Positions 19,601 to 30,014 are shown, counted from the first letter of the stretch. The stretch: 64,000 bases of DNA from an uncultured cyanobacterium (GCA_963744145.1 CAVUSO010000001.1:4256001-4320000); one strand, 5' to 3'. The notes: generated by a model not told the origin, from the sequence alone. Translations and numbers: made by a program.

Positions 19601-20754
19601 GCATTCCACACATCATCTACTACCAGCAACATTTGTTTTTCTGCTAACAAAGTTTGTAAATACTGAGTAGCTGATTCCTTAGTATTTGCACTAAATGCTT
19701 CCCGCGATCGATCAAGCTCTCGAATCCAATCCCCTAATAACTTCTGTAAATCCGGTTTTTGTCCTAAAGTTACCCAGAGAATTCCATCTTCAAACCGAGC
19801 ATTTACTTCTGGATCTCGCACTAGAGCCGCAGCTAAAACTGACTTTCCTAAACCTCCTAATCCAGCGATCGCGGTTACTACCAGAGTTTGTCCATTTCTG
19901 CCCAGAAGTTTTTCTTTTACTGCTTTGAGAGCATCTAACCGTTCCACGTAATTTTCTGGTAAGGGAATATGGGGAAACGACTTAGATTTCTGAGGTTTTC
20001 TTTGAGTAGAATAATTGAGAATGGGAATAGGTCGTCCACTGAGCAGGTGAACGGGTTCTTGACCACTTCCCTTTAATTGAATACAAATAAAAACGGTTAG
20101 TATACCAGCATAAATATTGCCATCATCAGCAGCTTGTTCCGGTTGGAGTCCTTGCAGCAACGCTTTAGTAAAAAGACCATGCTCTTGATCTTCATAAGCC
20201 TTTTCTTCGGCTCTACAAGCTGTAATTAAACAATAGTCAGGCTGACGATTAAAGCTTTTTAAAGTTGACTGTACTAAATCTTTGCTGAAGGTCTCAAGTA
20301 AAGCTCCTGCATGACAGCAATCTAAGAGAATTACTAAACTGCTGAGATCAGAATCGCTCACCAACTTATTCAAATCTTCTAATCGAATCAGCGTTTCCAT
20401 ATCTTTTTTAGCAGAATTGGAAGCAGCGAGAAAACCTTGTTTTTCTCCAGAAAGAGTAGTTATTTGAAAACCATGTCCTGCATAATAAACTAGAGCATCT
20501 TTCCGAGCAGCTTTTTCGAGCAGAAAAGTTTTTAGAGTTTGATAGAGATCGGCAGCTAGAACTTTTTGTGAGATAATCTCATAACGACTTTTCTCATTAA
20601 CCCATTTACAAGGAAACCGGACAACCTCTTGAAAAGCTCCAGACCGTTCTAGCAATTGAGCCATTTCCTCCGCATCAGTAACCGCTTTCTTTAAGGAAGG
20701 GAAACTAGGAGAGTCATATTGAGAAATACCGATTACCAGTGCATATCGCGTCAT
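16651..20754 (-). CDS. Caspase (peptidase C14) - NB-ARC (STAND) NTPase - helical repeat protein, NLR-like
   Basis: ALVIGISQY, YAGHG and LDCCHAG dyad; Walker A GLGGLGKS; Walker B LLVVDDVW; VLVTTR; GYLPLAL; IHDLMHD; C-terminal 31-aa repeats. Confidence 0.9.
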   Translation of the reverse strand: MTRYALVIGISQYDSPSFPSLKKAVTDAEEMAQLLERSGAFQEVVRFPCKWVNEKSRYEIISQKVLAADLYQTLKTFLLEKAARKDALVYYAGHGFQITTLSGEKQGFLAASNSAKKDMETLIRLEDLNKLVSDSDLSSLVILLDCCHAGALLETFSKDLVQSTLKSFNRQPDYCLITACRAEEKAYEDQEHGLFTKALLQGLQPEQAADDGNIYAGILTVFICIQLKGSGQEPVHLLSGRPIPILNYSTQRKPQKSKSFPHIPLPENYVERLDALKAVKEKLLGRNGQTLVVTAIAGLGGLGKSVLAAALVRDPEVNARFEDGILWVTLGQKPDLQKLLGDWIRELDRSREAFSANTKESATQYLQTLLAEKQMLLVVDDVWNADHAKWFQVGGEGCRVLVTTREARIAQADYYSLDLMSEDEALELIKGKLGKDWKDADQIEAKAFAQVLGYLPLALDLAINLIKDGSTWAELRAEFKAEFSRVFKLLQSSERWEDLDEQEQRKHSLEVCFNLSLKRLNQEQLEQFAWLGILPEDVNLTLEVASVLWNLSSNVQVKQRLSLLRHRSFLTDGVTTLEDEPTYRIHDLMHDMARSLIEEGKLNSLGSRDKNCSCLSLAHQQFLERYREKTEEKSWYNLPNDGYIHRQLTWHLEQAGWIDEIHTLLGSSDRLGHNAWFETCDRLGQPAIFVEDVARAWAIAEQQYEQDKTRSIVLQYRYALITATLNSLLENLPIDMIKEFVKGKFWTIEQAWAYVEQMQDEHKIAEWIKGLCCYFSKPLFKKALTKISAIQDEYHRAEALSALAQIDRAYFAEALDATRAIQNESNRAEVLSALAQIDRAYFTEALDAARAIQDKKNRAEALSALAQIDRAYFTEALDAARAIQDEKNRALVLSSLAQIDNAYFTEALDAAQASQDQFIWALVLSSLAQIDRAYFAEALDATRALQDESFRAWVLSSLAQIDSACFTEALDAARAIQDESRRALRAKVLSSLAQIDSACFTEALDAARAIQDESIRAKVLSSLAQIDRAYFAEALDAVRAIQSESIRAEVLSSLAQIDSADFSVLLDAAHTIQDKFLRAWVLRSLAQIDSADFSVLLNAARAIQDKYSRAEVLRFLAQIDSAYFGEALDAARTIQSEPLRALVLRSLAQIDSADFSVLLDTARAIQSESLRALVLRSLAQIDGADFSVLLDAARTIQDKYSRAEVLSSLAQIDRAYFAEALDAARTIQDESSRAEVLSSLAQIDRAYFAEALDAARTIQDESSRAEVLNGLSKFVPEQLLSQVKNEIFKINSKPNQAKAINGFLHSLDLSNLSFSDWKLYLHILASTNRQDFIKNLVTLYPAIISLGEETAMRGVVDSIKEVCNQWK
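16950..18390 (-). repeat. About 15-16 coding repeats of 93 bp (31 aa) with high internal identity
   Basis: Consensus AYFAEALDAARAIQDxxxRAxVLSSLAQIDR; AQID occurs 15 times. Confidence 0.9.
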
Positions 20755-20818
20755 TCTGATAATTGACCTAAAATCATTTTGCTGTTAACCTATGATAAAC
20801 CATTCTCTTGAGGGTACT

Positions 20819-21175
20819 ATGTCCGAGATTCAAAAAATGCTATATACCGATGAAGATGGTAAAGAGTACGAAATCCTGATAGAAAATAAATCAGCAGTCA
20901 ATCTTCCTGATGCTGATGTTGATGAAGGACGTGGTTCGCGAGGCGATCGCAGTGAAACAATAATAAAGATGCAGCAAGCTCGTGAAATGATTCGCGGTTA
21001 TGCAGCTTATGCTCTGAGTGCCTTTAAGGATTTTGGGGTAGCAGAAATAGAAGAAATTACCCTGAAATTTGGGTTAAAGATTGGTGGTAAAGCCGGAATT
21101 CCTTTTATCACAGAAGGAACTGCTGAAAGCAACTTGGAAATCGAAGTTAAATGTAAATTTCCTAAGGGGACTTAA
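20819..21175 (+). CDS. CU044_2847 / Trypco1-like small protein, divergent from the caspase-NLR gene
   Basis: EEITLKFGLKIGGKAGIPFITEGTAESNLEIEVKC signature. Confidence 0.75.
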   Translation: MSEIQKMLYTDEDGKEYEILIENKSAVNLPDADVDEGRGSRGDRSETIIKMQQAREMIRGYAAYALSAFKDFGVAEIEEITLKFGLKIGGKAGIPFITEGTAESNLEIEVKCKFPKGT

Positions 21176-21340
21176 ACAAAATTAAATAAAAAACGATTAA
21201 CTGTTAACTGTAATTACAAGCTAAAATAATTAAACCCTTTGGAAGAAGTGGTTTTAAAGCAATTAAGCTTCGCGGTCAATAATGTGACACTTGATGGTAT
21301 GGGTTCGATCCAACTAGGATTTTAGTGGAAAGTTGTTAAG

Positions 21341-21919
21341 ATGAACAGTTTAACTCTCAACCTACCGCCTGTTCTCAAATTAACAGATGAGCAGTTTGAA
21401 CAATTGGCGGCTGTTAATGGCGATTTAGGTTTAGAATTGACACCGAAGGGAGAACTAATTGTTATGCCACCGACGGGAGGAGAAACCGGAAACCGAAATT
21501 TTGAGGCTTACATTGACTTGGGAATTTGGAACCGTCAAACTCTTTTGGGAAAAGCTTTTGATTCTTCTACAGGATTTCGATTACCTCAAGGTGGTACTCG
21601 TTCCCCTGATATTTCTTGGGTGACGATAGGACGTTGGAATAATCTTACTGAAGAGCAACGCAAGAAATTTTTGCCTTTATGTCCTGATTTTGCGATCGAA
21701 CTAGTTTCAGAAACAGATGATGTGGAAGAAACACGGGCAAAAATGCAGGAATATTTACAAAATGGGTTACGTTTGGGATGGTTGATTAATCCTAAACTCA
21801 GACAAGTGGAAATTTATCGCCCGAATCAAGAGGTAGAGGTTTTGGCATCTCCTACGACTTTATCGGGTGAGGATGTTTTACCAGGGTTTGTTTTAGATTT
21901 AGAGTTCATTTTTTCCTAA
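21341..21919 (+). CDS. Uma2 family endonuclease-like protein
   Basis: LELTPKGELIVMPPTGGETG, FDSSTGF, RSPD, CPDFAIEL, LGWLINP. Confidence 0.92.
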   Translation: MNSLTLNLPPVLKLTDEQFEQLAAVNGDLGLELTPKGELIVMPPTGGETGNRNFEAYIDLGIWNRQTLLGKAFDSSTGFRLPQGGTRSPDISWVTIGRWNNLTEEQRKKFLPLCPDFAIELVSETDDVEETRAKMQEYLQNGLRLGWLINPKLRQVEIYRPNQEVEVLASPTTLSGEDVLPGFVLDLEFIFS

Positions 21920-22044
21920 TGGACTCCGATGACTTAATGACACAACTGCAACAACTGGCGAGCCAAAATAATCAAACCATCAACGAACTCAGATTCCTGA
22001 TCTGCGAAAGCACAACAACTATTCGCCCATCTTGCTAATTCAGG

Positions 22045-22332
22045 TCATCGTCAGTTGGGTAGTACATCTAGCTGCTTTTCGTTATGCTGGATTACAACCT
22101 CGCAGGTTTAGCAATTGGATTAGTTGCAGTATTAAGTGAAGCAGTGAGTGTATTTTGGGCAGCTTCTGGGTTACCAGTTCATGCGTTACCCTATAATTTA
22201 GTCACCTTATTATTGTTGTATGTATTAGAATTAGTAGGATATCGTTGGTTAACTAGATATCCTCAACCAACTCCAGTGTCGGTCAGCGATCGCTAGTACG
22301 TCAAGATTTACAGTTTGTCACCCAGAAATCCC
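22045..22332 (+). pseudogene. Three-piece deleted copy of the UT-M23 gene
   Basis: Matches 11077-11131, 11443-11619 and 12724-12780 joined in order. Confidence 0.85.
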
Positions 22333-22370
22333 GAGTTGGGTTATCTTTAGTTTAATTAGGATAAATATTG

Positions 22371-22655
22371 ATGTCTAATCCGACAATTGAAGCAAAAATT
22401 AGTCTTCCGGTAAGTTTATTAGAAGCGACTAATAAAGCAGTGCAACAAGGAAAAGCAAATAGCCGCGATGAATTTATTATGCGGGCAATTCGCAAGGAAT
22501 TAGCGGCGCTGAAGCGAGCAGAAATTGATGCTTCATTTGCTAAAATGGCGAATGATGCAGAGTATCAAGCCGAAGCATTGCAAATTGCCGAGGAATTTGC
22601 TATTTCGGACTGGGAAGCTTGGCAAATGGGAGAATCTGAATATGAACAGGGGTGA
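22371..22655 (+). CDS. Ribbon-helix-helix (CopG-like) antitoxin
   Basis: ISLPVSLL..SRDEFIMRAIR; overlaps a MazF-like gene. Confidence 0.75.
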   Translation: MSNPTIEAKISLPVSLLEATNKAVQQGKANSRDEFIMRAIRKELAALKRAEIDASFAKMANDAEYQAEALQIAEEFAISDWEAWQMGESEYEQG

Positions 22656-22827
22656 TGTTTACAATGCTCGTCTCGATCCAATTGAGGGATCTGAACAAGG
22701 GGGAAATCGTCCAGTGATTATTGTCAGTCGTAATGCTATTAATGTGAGTAGTTCTTTCGTGATAGCAGTTCCTTGGTCATTGTATAAACCTTCGTATAAA
22801 GTTGCGGGGTTTTATACGCTCATTTGA
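22642..22827 (+). pseudogene. Truncated MazF/PemK toxin
   Basis: MNRGDVYNARLDPIEGSEQGGNRPVIIVS...VIAVP, then unrelated sequence after about 22775. Confidence 0.8.
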
Positions 22828-22920
22828 TGCTTGTCAATAGGTTTTGTAAAAATATTTTATAAAGCATCTAAACGCTATAACAACGTAATACCAATGTTTT
22901 CACGCCACACCGTGTAATGT

Positions 22921-23014
22921 TTCTACGCTCACCTGTAGAAATTTCTATGCTCACCTATAAAATTTTCTACGCTCACAAGATATAATTTCTACGCGGGACT
23001 ATATAATTTTCTAT
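22921..23014 (-). repeat. Degenerate inverted copy (about 4 units) of the 22-bp tandem repeat at 37111
   Basis: TTCTACGCTCACCTGTAGAA is the reverse complement of the array unit. Confidence 0.75.
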
Positions 23015-23347
23015 ATTATTTTTACTGGTAGTATAGAAATTATATGAGGCTTAAAGCATTTTATATGTTTTCTTTAGAGAAGAAAAAATCAGGGTCATGG
23101 TTCTCTGGGACTGATTTTGGTGATTAGTCCTGGTTGTGATCGCTAATAAATTAAATATAAAAAAAGCCACAATGGTGCATTACATTGTAGCTAATAATAT
23201 TTTTCATTCTAGGGAAAATTTGGTGCGAGATTTCGGTGATCGTCTAGTATAGACAAGGACTCTTCTCGGCGATCGCCTGTCCGAACTGAACAATGAAGGC
23301 GCGATCGCATCGCCAACTCCCCTACACCCTAAAAAGCGATTAATATA

Positions 23348-25168
23348 TTACCAAGGTAAATCTTGAGGTATTCCATAAGCTTGTTCTAATTGTTTCATAT
23401 ATGTATTTAATTTTCTCAAAACATAATCAGCAAGATTTCCGGGTGTAGTATCAATTGTGTAACAAAATTCTAAACAAATAATTTTATTGCTTGTTTCAAC
23501 TGTTATATCTGGTTTAATTCTTAAATGTGGATGATACTGTTCACATCTAAAGTGAAAGTTTAATCCAGATAATACTTCTTCAAGTGCTAAACAGATAGCT
23601 TTATTAAATGGTTGATCTCCTATTTTTCCTGGTTTAGATGCAGATGTAGCTTCATTAATTTTTTTAAAGGCTTCTCTTGAACTATTTAATGCTTGTCCAA
23701 CTGTGCCACTTTTACGTTTACCAGTAGGATTTTGACTACCAGATAATTGCAAATATAAAGGAGTTCTTTTCAATGTTTCATTTGCTAATTTTTTACCAAA
23801 CCAATGCTTAGGTACATTATATTTTTTTGGATCTTTAAAATCTTCTCTTGAAATTTTAATTTTTGCATCATCAGCGTAAGCAACAATACAACTGATTAAT
23901 GCGTTTGTTGGTAAATACATAATTTTTGTGGTTAACATACGGCTATTTAGAGCTAATGTTAAACGGTGAGGAGGTCAATCAGCTTTTCTTTGTGTATGTT
24001 CAATATAAGGCTGTAAAGGGTTATATTCAGCATTCCACATTTCATTGATATTTTCAGGAATTTGTTTAGCAAAACGTGCTACAACTCCTTCCGCTTCTGG
24101 ATAAGAAAATATAAACCAAACTTCTGTAGATTTTGGAATCGAGTTTTCAATTTGCTTAATATAATTAGTTCTTTGTTCCCAAAGAGTTCTAACATTTTTT
24201 AAATAATCTCTAATCAAATGTTTTTCTTGAGGTTTTTGCTGATAGTCATCTTTCAATTGTTCAAAATCATTATCATTTAATTGAAACTCATGACAACTTT
24301 TTCCACTATTAAAAAATTCAATGGTTTTTCGGGCAATATTAGGATATTCTTCCAGAGGTGGACCCGTAAATTCTATATAAGGAAGTCTACTATGAAACAT
24401 GGTACTAGAGTAATTTTTTGCAAAACTTTGCATTTTTTCTAAATCTTTACGAACTGTTACAGGCCAAATAATCAAAATTGCATATTTACGAAGGAAACTA
24501 TTTAAATCTCTAAAAAAACCTTTCACTTCCTCTTCTTGCTCATCTCCTAAGTTTTCTAAATACTCAATTACGATACATAATTTATTATGATTTTTTTTAT
24601 TCTCTGAAAAAAATTTGATAGCCTCTTGTTTAATTGTTTTGATTAATTCTTTAAGTTTTAATCCAGAATTATCTTCTTTTATTAACTCACTAGCATCAAT
24701 TGATACTATTTCTTGTATCATCATATATTGTTGAAATTTTAATGAACTAATGAATGTAGATTTTCCAACACCGGAAACACCATATAAAAACAATAGATAA
24801 CCATTATTTCTCATGTCTTTTAAAACAGGTATAATTAGTTCTTCAAATTTAGTAACTCGAACAATTAAATCAGGAAGCCTAGATTTCTTTTCTCCAATTT
24901 CTTCTAAAATTTCTTCATAAGTTAATGGCAAGAATAAATCTAAGTTTTCTCTATTATTTGTTTTAGAGTTTGAAATTATTATTTGGGGGGAAACTAATTT
25001 TTCTTCAACAACAATTTGTTCGGCTGATAAATTACCATTTTCATTTACTGAATCTGATTTGAAAATATCAATTTTTGACTGATCTTCTTGAGATTTAGAA
25101 GAACCGTCAAAGTCAGGAAATAATAAAGGTAATTGATCTGGATTGTCTGATCTTTTTCTTCTGGACAT
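23348..25168 (-). pseudogene. P-loop ATPase with C-terminal PD-(D/E)xK-like domain; single in-frame TGA at 23975-23977
   Basis: GVSGVGKS Walker A; reading continues in frame RKAD*PPHRLTLALNSRMLTTK; C-terminal IKPDITV...ICLEFCY; AT-rich. Confidence 0.7.
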
Positions 25169-25454
25169 ATTTAGATACTTAGATTAAAAATTAGGCGAAA
25201 ACTAAAATTAAGGTGAGTCCGTTAAGACCCACACTAAAAATTATACTATACCAAAACCTCTACTGTGTCAAGCTTAGGCATCTTATCCACAGGAATCACC
25301 CGACCGAAATTCTCAAAACACTAAATCTCATGCTCTAATATTTTACTATAAACCTAATTTTCTTTTCAAGATATCTAACTAACTTAATTATTAAGTTACC
25401 TTATTAGTCAAAGTCAATGCTATAATTCCTAGGCTTGTTTATTTCCCACTATCA

Positions 25455-25856
25455 ATGAGTATATTTGCAATTCAGTTTAAGAAAGAGGAACAAGTTAGAT
25501 ATGCGATCGCCACTCAAGGAGATCCAGAATATAACGGGATAGACTCAGGGAATTTAGAGGATGCAAAAACATGGAAAACATCAAAGGGTGCTAAGAAATA
25601 TTTAGAAACTCATGTATTGGTGAACCGCCAAGGCGATAGAATTCGGACAAGATAGGATTCTATAGAAGTAGTAGAAATATCATTAGAGCTTAATAATGAA
25701 CTGGCAAATAATACAGAACTTCAATCTAAGTCTAAGGAAGTTTCTATGATTAATTTTTATCCAACTCCTGAAATTTTGGAATGGTTGGAGAATGAATGGG
25801 ATAATGAGAATAGAGAAACTGATTCAGAATACTTAATCGGAAACTGGAGAAGTTGA
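25455..25856 (+). pseudogene. Hypothetical protein with an in-frame TAG at 25653-25655
   Basis: Frame stays open for about 66 codons after the stop. Confidence 0.4.
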
Positions 25857-25910
25857 TTAGATTGGAACGTGAAGGTTTTTAGGTTGATTTTTTTGAAAGA
25901 GGTATTGATT

Positions 25911-26258
25911 ATGAGCCAAACAGCTTGGAATATTCTCGGTATCCTTACCATTTTGGCAGGGATTTTATTGTTCTTGACAGAACGAGAAAGATTTGTCACA
26001 GTACCTCCAGATCAGTATTTTCAATTTTTCGCAATAGGTTTTTTAATTTTTGGGTTTCTAGGTATAATTGCAAGCACCTGTTTTTTTCCTAAAGTACGTC
26101 CTTTTACTTTGCGAGTTTTGGGAACATACGGGATATTTTGCTGTGTTTTTAATCTAATTACTGGTTTTAAAAAAGGTGACTTTTCTCAATTTCCTATGAC
26201 AATTTGTTTCTGGCTACCGGGCTCAGTTTATCTAGTAGTTAAAGGAAAAATGGATTAA
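25911..26258 (+). CDS. Hypothetical membrane protein
   Basis: About 4 hydrophobic segments; GAGG RBS. Confidence 0.65.
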   Translation: MSQTAWNILGILTILAGILLFLTERERFVTVPPDQYFQFFAIGFLIFGFLGIIASTCFFPKVRPFTLRVLGTYGIFCCVFNLITGFKKGDFSQFPMTICFWLPGSVYLVVKGKMD

Positions 26259-26470
26259 TTTTATTTGCGATCGCCCAAAAAGCAACCCCCTCACCAGAAA
26301 GACAGAATCCTTGTCTGCTAAAGGGTTGAGTGTTATGGACAAATTGGGATTAATTAGCGCTAACTAAGTCAAAAATTTATACTGCTGATGAACATCTGGA
26401 GTTTGAGGTTAAGATACCGGACATGATATAATTCCTCAAACATACCTGTTAACCCTAATTACCAGCTAAA

Positions 26471-27049
26471 ATGAACAGTTTAACTCTCAACCTACCGCCT
26501 GTTTTCAAATTAACAGATGAGCAGTTTGAACAATTGGCGGCTGTTAATGGCGATTTAGGTTTAGAATTGACAGCGCAGGGAGAACTAATTATTATGCCAC
26601 CGACGGGAGGAGAAACAGGCGATCGCAATTTTGAAATTGATGGACAGCTTTGGTTGTGGAATCGTCAAAATTTTCTGGGGAAAGCCTTTGATTCTTCTAC
26701 AGGGTTTCGATTACCAAATGGCGCAACTCGTTCTCCCGATGTGGCTTGGATCAAAATTGAAAGATGGGAAGCTTTAACCCCGACACAAAGAAAGAAATTT
26801 TTACCGCTATGTCCTGATTTTGCGATCGAACTGGTTTCAGAAACAGATGATGTGGAAGAAACGCGAGCAAAAATGCAGGAATATTTACAAAATGGATTGC
26901 GGTTGGGATGGTTGATTAATCCTAAACTCAGAGAAGTGGAAATTTATCGCCCGAATCAAGAGGTAGAGGTTTTGGTATCTCCTACGACTTTATCGGGTGA
27001 AGATGTTTTACCAGGGTTTGTTTTAGATTTAGAGTTCATTTTTTCCTAA
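26471..27049 (+). CDS. Uma2 family endonuclease-like protein
   Basis: Close paralogue of 21341-21919. Confidence 0.92.
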   Translation: MNSLTLNLPPVFKLTDEQFEQLAAVNGDLGLELTAQGELIIMPPTGGETGDRNFEIDGQLWLWNRQNFLGKAFDSSTGFRLPNGATRSPDVAWIKIERWEALTPTQRKKFLPLCPDFAIELVSETDDVEETRAKMQEYLQNGLRLGWLINPKLREVEIYRPNQEVEVLVSPTTLSGEDVLPGFVLDLEFIFS

Positions 27050-27293
27050 TGGATGATTGAATCTGATTCAACCTACGAACTTTCTTCCTCTGTTGGAGAA
27101 AACCACAGTTTCCTTACCTATCGATGGGTCAGCTCCTCACCTACCTCAATATCCCCAATTTTTCTCTTGAGATGTTAATATTTATGTAACGATATATCAC
27201 GATCGGAGCTTTTCTAACTTGATATAATAACATCGCTCACTTAAAAAGCTGTTTTTGTGGTAAGACAAACTTGCAAGTTTTGTCTGAAATTGA

Positions 27294-29255
27294 ATGAAAT
27301 CATCTAGCGACTTCTTAATTATTGGCGGTGGTATTATTGGTCTATCACTAGCAGTTGAACTGAAATTGCGAGGGGGATCAGTAAGAGTCCTCAGTCGGAA
27401 TGCTCCCGAAGGTGCTACTTATGCTGCTGCTGGAATGCTAGCACCTCAAGCAGAAAGAATTCCTGCCGGACCAATGTTAGATTTATGTATCCGATCGCGA
27501 TCGCTCTATCCAGAATGGGTTCGCAAACTGGAGGATATTTCTGGTTTATCGACCGGATATTGGCCTTCTGGCATTTTAGCACCAGTTTATGCAGAAGATC
27601 AGCTCGAAAAAATTCCGACTGATTCATCTTTTTGGTTAGATCATCGGGCAATTCATCAATGTCAATCGGGATTAGGTCCAGATGTTATTGGTGGTTGGTG
27701 GTTTCCAGAAGATGGACAAGTTGATAATCGTGCTTTAGCGGTGGTCTTATGGACATCAGCTCGGGAATTAGGAGTGAATCTGGATGAAGGTGTTACGGTA
27801 GAAGCGATCGAACAACAACATGGTCAGGTTAGTGGTGTCAGAACTACCACAGGTTTATTCACAGCAGGACATTATATTTTAGCTACTGGAGCTTGGTCAA
27901 ATCAGTTATTACCACTCCCAGTCTCTCCAAAAAAAGGACAAATGTTATCAGTCCGAATCCCTGGAGAGGGAAATCATTTAGCCAGAGTTTTATTTGGTTC
28001 GGAAACCTATATTGTCCCTAGACGTGATGGACAAATTATCATTGGTGCTACCACTGAAGAGGTGGGATTTACTCCCCATAATACTCCAGTCGGAATTCAA
28101 GCTTTATTAAACAGGGCAATTCGGCTTTATCCAGAATTGCAACATTATCCTATTCAAGAATTCTGGTGGGGATTTCGGCCCAATACTCCTGACGAGATGC
28201 CGATCTTAGGACCAAGTTTATGTCAAAATTTAAGTTTAGCGATCGGTCATTATCGGAATGGAATTTTGTTAGCACCAGTGACAGCTGTTTTGTTAGCAGA
28301 ATCTATTCAGGGACAAAAATCTGATCCTTTATTAGCAAATTTTCAGTTAGAACGGTTTTTCTTGACTAATTCAGCTTTGTGTGCATCCAAACCAGATCAA
28401 TATTCCCCATCTATGCTAACTTATCCCAACCCAACCCCAGTCATTCCATCGGTTCTAGCTCTTGATCCTCCCTTAATTATTGCCGGTCGTAAGTTTAAGT
28501 CTCGGTTAATGACAGGTACAGGTAAATATCGCAGTATTGCCGATATGCAGCAAAGTATCCTGAAAAGTGAATGTGAAATTGTCACTGTCGCAGTCAGAAG
28601 AGTGCAAACTCAAGCACCAGGACATGAAGGATTAGCAGAAGCATTAGATTGGACTAAGATTTGGATGTTACCGAATACCGCGGGTTGTCAAACGTCTGAA
28701 GAAGCAATTCGAGTAGCGAGGTTAGGACGGGAAATGGCGAAATTATTAGGGCAAGAGGACAATAATTTTGTCAAATTAGAGGTGATTCCTGATCCAAAAT
28801 ATTTACTACCCGATCCGATCGGCACCCTGGAAGCTGCGGAAAAATTAGTGCAAGAAGGGTTTGCGGTATTACCTTATATTAATGCTGATCCGATCCTGGC
28901 TAAACGTTTAGAAGAAGTGGGCTGTGCTACAGTTATGCCATTGGGTTCACCAATTGGTTCCGGTCAAGGGATTAAAAATGCAGCCAATATTCAGATTATT
29001 ATTGAAAATGCTAGGATTCCCGTCGTAGTTGATGCAGGGATTGGGACTCCGAGTGAAGCAGCTCAAGCAATGGAAATGGGAGCTGATGCTGTTCTGATTA
29101 ATACAGCGATCGCTAACGCTCAAAATCCGGCATTAATGGCCCAAGCTATGGGAATGGCTACAATTGCTGGTCGTCTCGCTTATTTAGCAGGGAGAATTCC
29201 AGTTAAATCTTATGCTAGCGCCAGTTCGCCTCTGACTGGGACAATTAACAGTTAA
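27294..29255 (+). CDS. thiO/thiG: Fused glycine oxidase ThiO - thiazole synthase ThiG
   Basis: [25 protein letters not shown]; then [28 protein letters not shown]. Confidence 0.95.
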   Translation: MKSSSDFLIIGGGIIGLSLAVELKLRGGSVRVLSRNAPEGATYAAAGMLAPQAERIPAGPMLDLCIRSRSLYPEWVRKLEDISGLSTGYWPSGILAPVYAEDQLEKIPTDSSFWLDHRAIHQCQSGLGPDVIGGWWFPEDGQVDNRALAVVLWTSARELGVNLDEGVTVEAIEQQHGQVSGVRTTTGLFTAGHYILATGAWSNQLLPLPVSPKKGQMLSVRIPGEGNHLARVLFGSETYIVPRRDGQIIIGATTEEVGFTPHNTPVGIQALLNRAIRLYPELQHYPIQEFWWGFRPNTPDEMPILGPSLCQNLSLAIGHYRNGILLAPVTAVLLAESIQGQKSDPLLANFQLERFFLTNSALCASKPDQYSPSMLTYPNPTPVIPSVLALDPPLIIAGRKFKSRLMTGTGKYRSIADMQQSILKSECEIVTVAVRRVQTQAPGHEGLAEALDWTKIWMLPNTAGCQTSEEAIRVARLGREMAKLLGQEDNNFVKLEVIPDPKYLLPDPIGTLEAAEKLVQEGFAVLPYINADPILAKRLEEVGCATVMPLGSPIGSGQGIKNAANIQIIIENARIPVVVDAGIGTPSEAAQAMEMGADAVLINTAIANAQNPALMAQAMGMATIAGRLAYLAGRIPVKSYASASSPLTGTINS

Positions 29256-29350
29256 GTTTTTTTGATTAATTTTGAAGATTTGTTGCAAAATATGTAGATT
29301 TAATACATAATTTTTGATAAAGTAATCTTAATTAATCAAGAGGTTTTTTC

Positions 29351-29530
29351 ATGCGCTATACCCAAGAAAGTGGTGGACGTTTAAATAATTTTGCCGTTGA
29401 GCCAAAAATTTACCAAGCTGAATATCCCAGCAAAGCCCAGCAAATCAGATATATTTTCATGGGAATTGCCTCATTAGCTTTGGTAAGCGGTTTAATCGCT
29501 GTTGCTTTTGCCGTTTCCAAAGTCGGTTAA
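29351..29530 (+). CDS. psb34: Ssl1498/Psb34 family photosystem II assembly factor (missed by the ORF track)
   Basis: MRYTQESGGRLNNFAVEPKIYQAEYP plus one TM helix, 59 aa. Confidence 0.85.
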   Translation: MRYTQESGGRLNNFAVEPKIYQAEYPSKAQQIRYIFMGIASLALVSGLIAVAFAVSKVG

Positions 29531-29647
29531 TCGAAAAATTAATAATCTTGATCCTCCAGGTGCCTAATTTTCGAGGTGCCTGGTGAGAAATTTCCCAAAA
29601 AATTAGACCTAGGGACTTGCAAATCAAGATTAGAATTTGTTATAATC

Positions 29648-29803
29648 TAGTACAGTTCAGTTAATTGTAGGGGCGTTCGCGTAGCGTGCCGGAGGCATAG
29701 CATTCGGGCGATAACTTATCACTTAAACAAGTTAATATTATATCCGAATGCTTCGCCCTTCTTCGCCGATATCTCCCAAAATATTCTTAACTGAACCATA
29801 TTG
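29648..29803. mobile_element. 156-bp MITE with 18-bp TIRs and a perfect 10-bp TSD
   Basis: TAGTACAGTTCAGTTAAT / CTTAACTGAACCATATTG; TGTTATAATC on both sides; internal REP-like hairpin. Confidence 0.85.
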
Positions 29804-29822
29804 TGTTATAATCAAGGTTATT

Positions 29823-29895
29823 GCTGGTGTAGCTCAGTTGGTAGAGCATTCGATTTGTAATCGAACGGTCGTGGGTTCAAGTCCCTTCACCAGCT
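29823..29895 (+). tRNA. trnT: tRNA-Thr (UGU)
   Basis: GCTGGTG/CACCAGC acceptor stem, AGCTCAGTTGGTAGAGC D-arm, TTCGA-TT-TGT-AA-TCGAA anticodon arm, GGTTCAAGT T-loop. Confidence 0.95.
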
Positions 29896-30014
29896 TTTAG
29901 GATTGGCTCGATATTGCATCTAGCCGATTTGTGAAAATATGTTTGCAACTTAACCAACAGTTATAGTGCTAGCCAATTAGAAAATGGCTATATTTATAAC
30001 TATGATTAATCGAA

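Noticed and set aside
27294..29255. Novel ThiO-ThiG fusion
   Set aside because: This fusion is already known in cyanobacteria
29823..29895. tRNA as an island integration site
   Set aside because: No integrase and no duplicated tRNA 3' end noticed in the window
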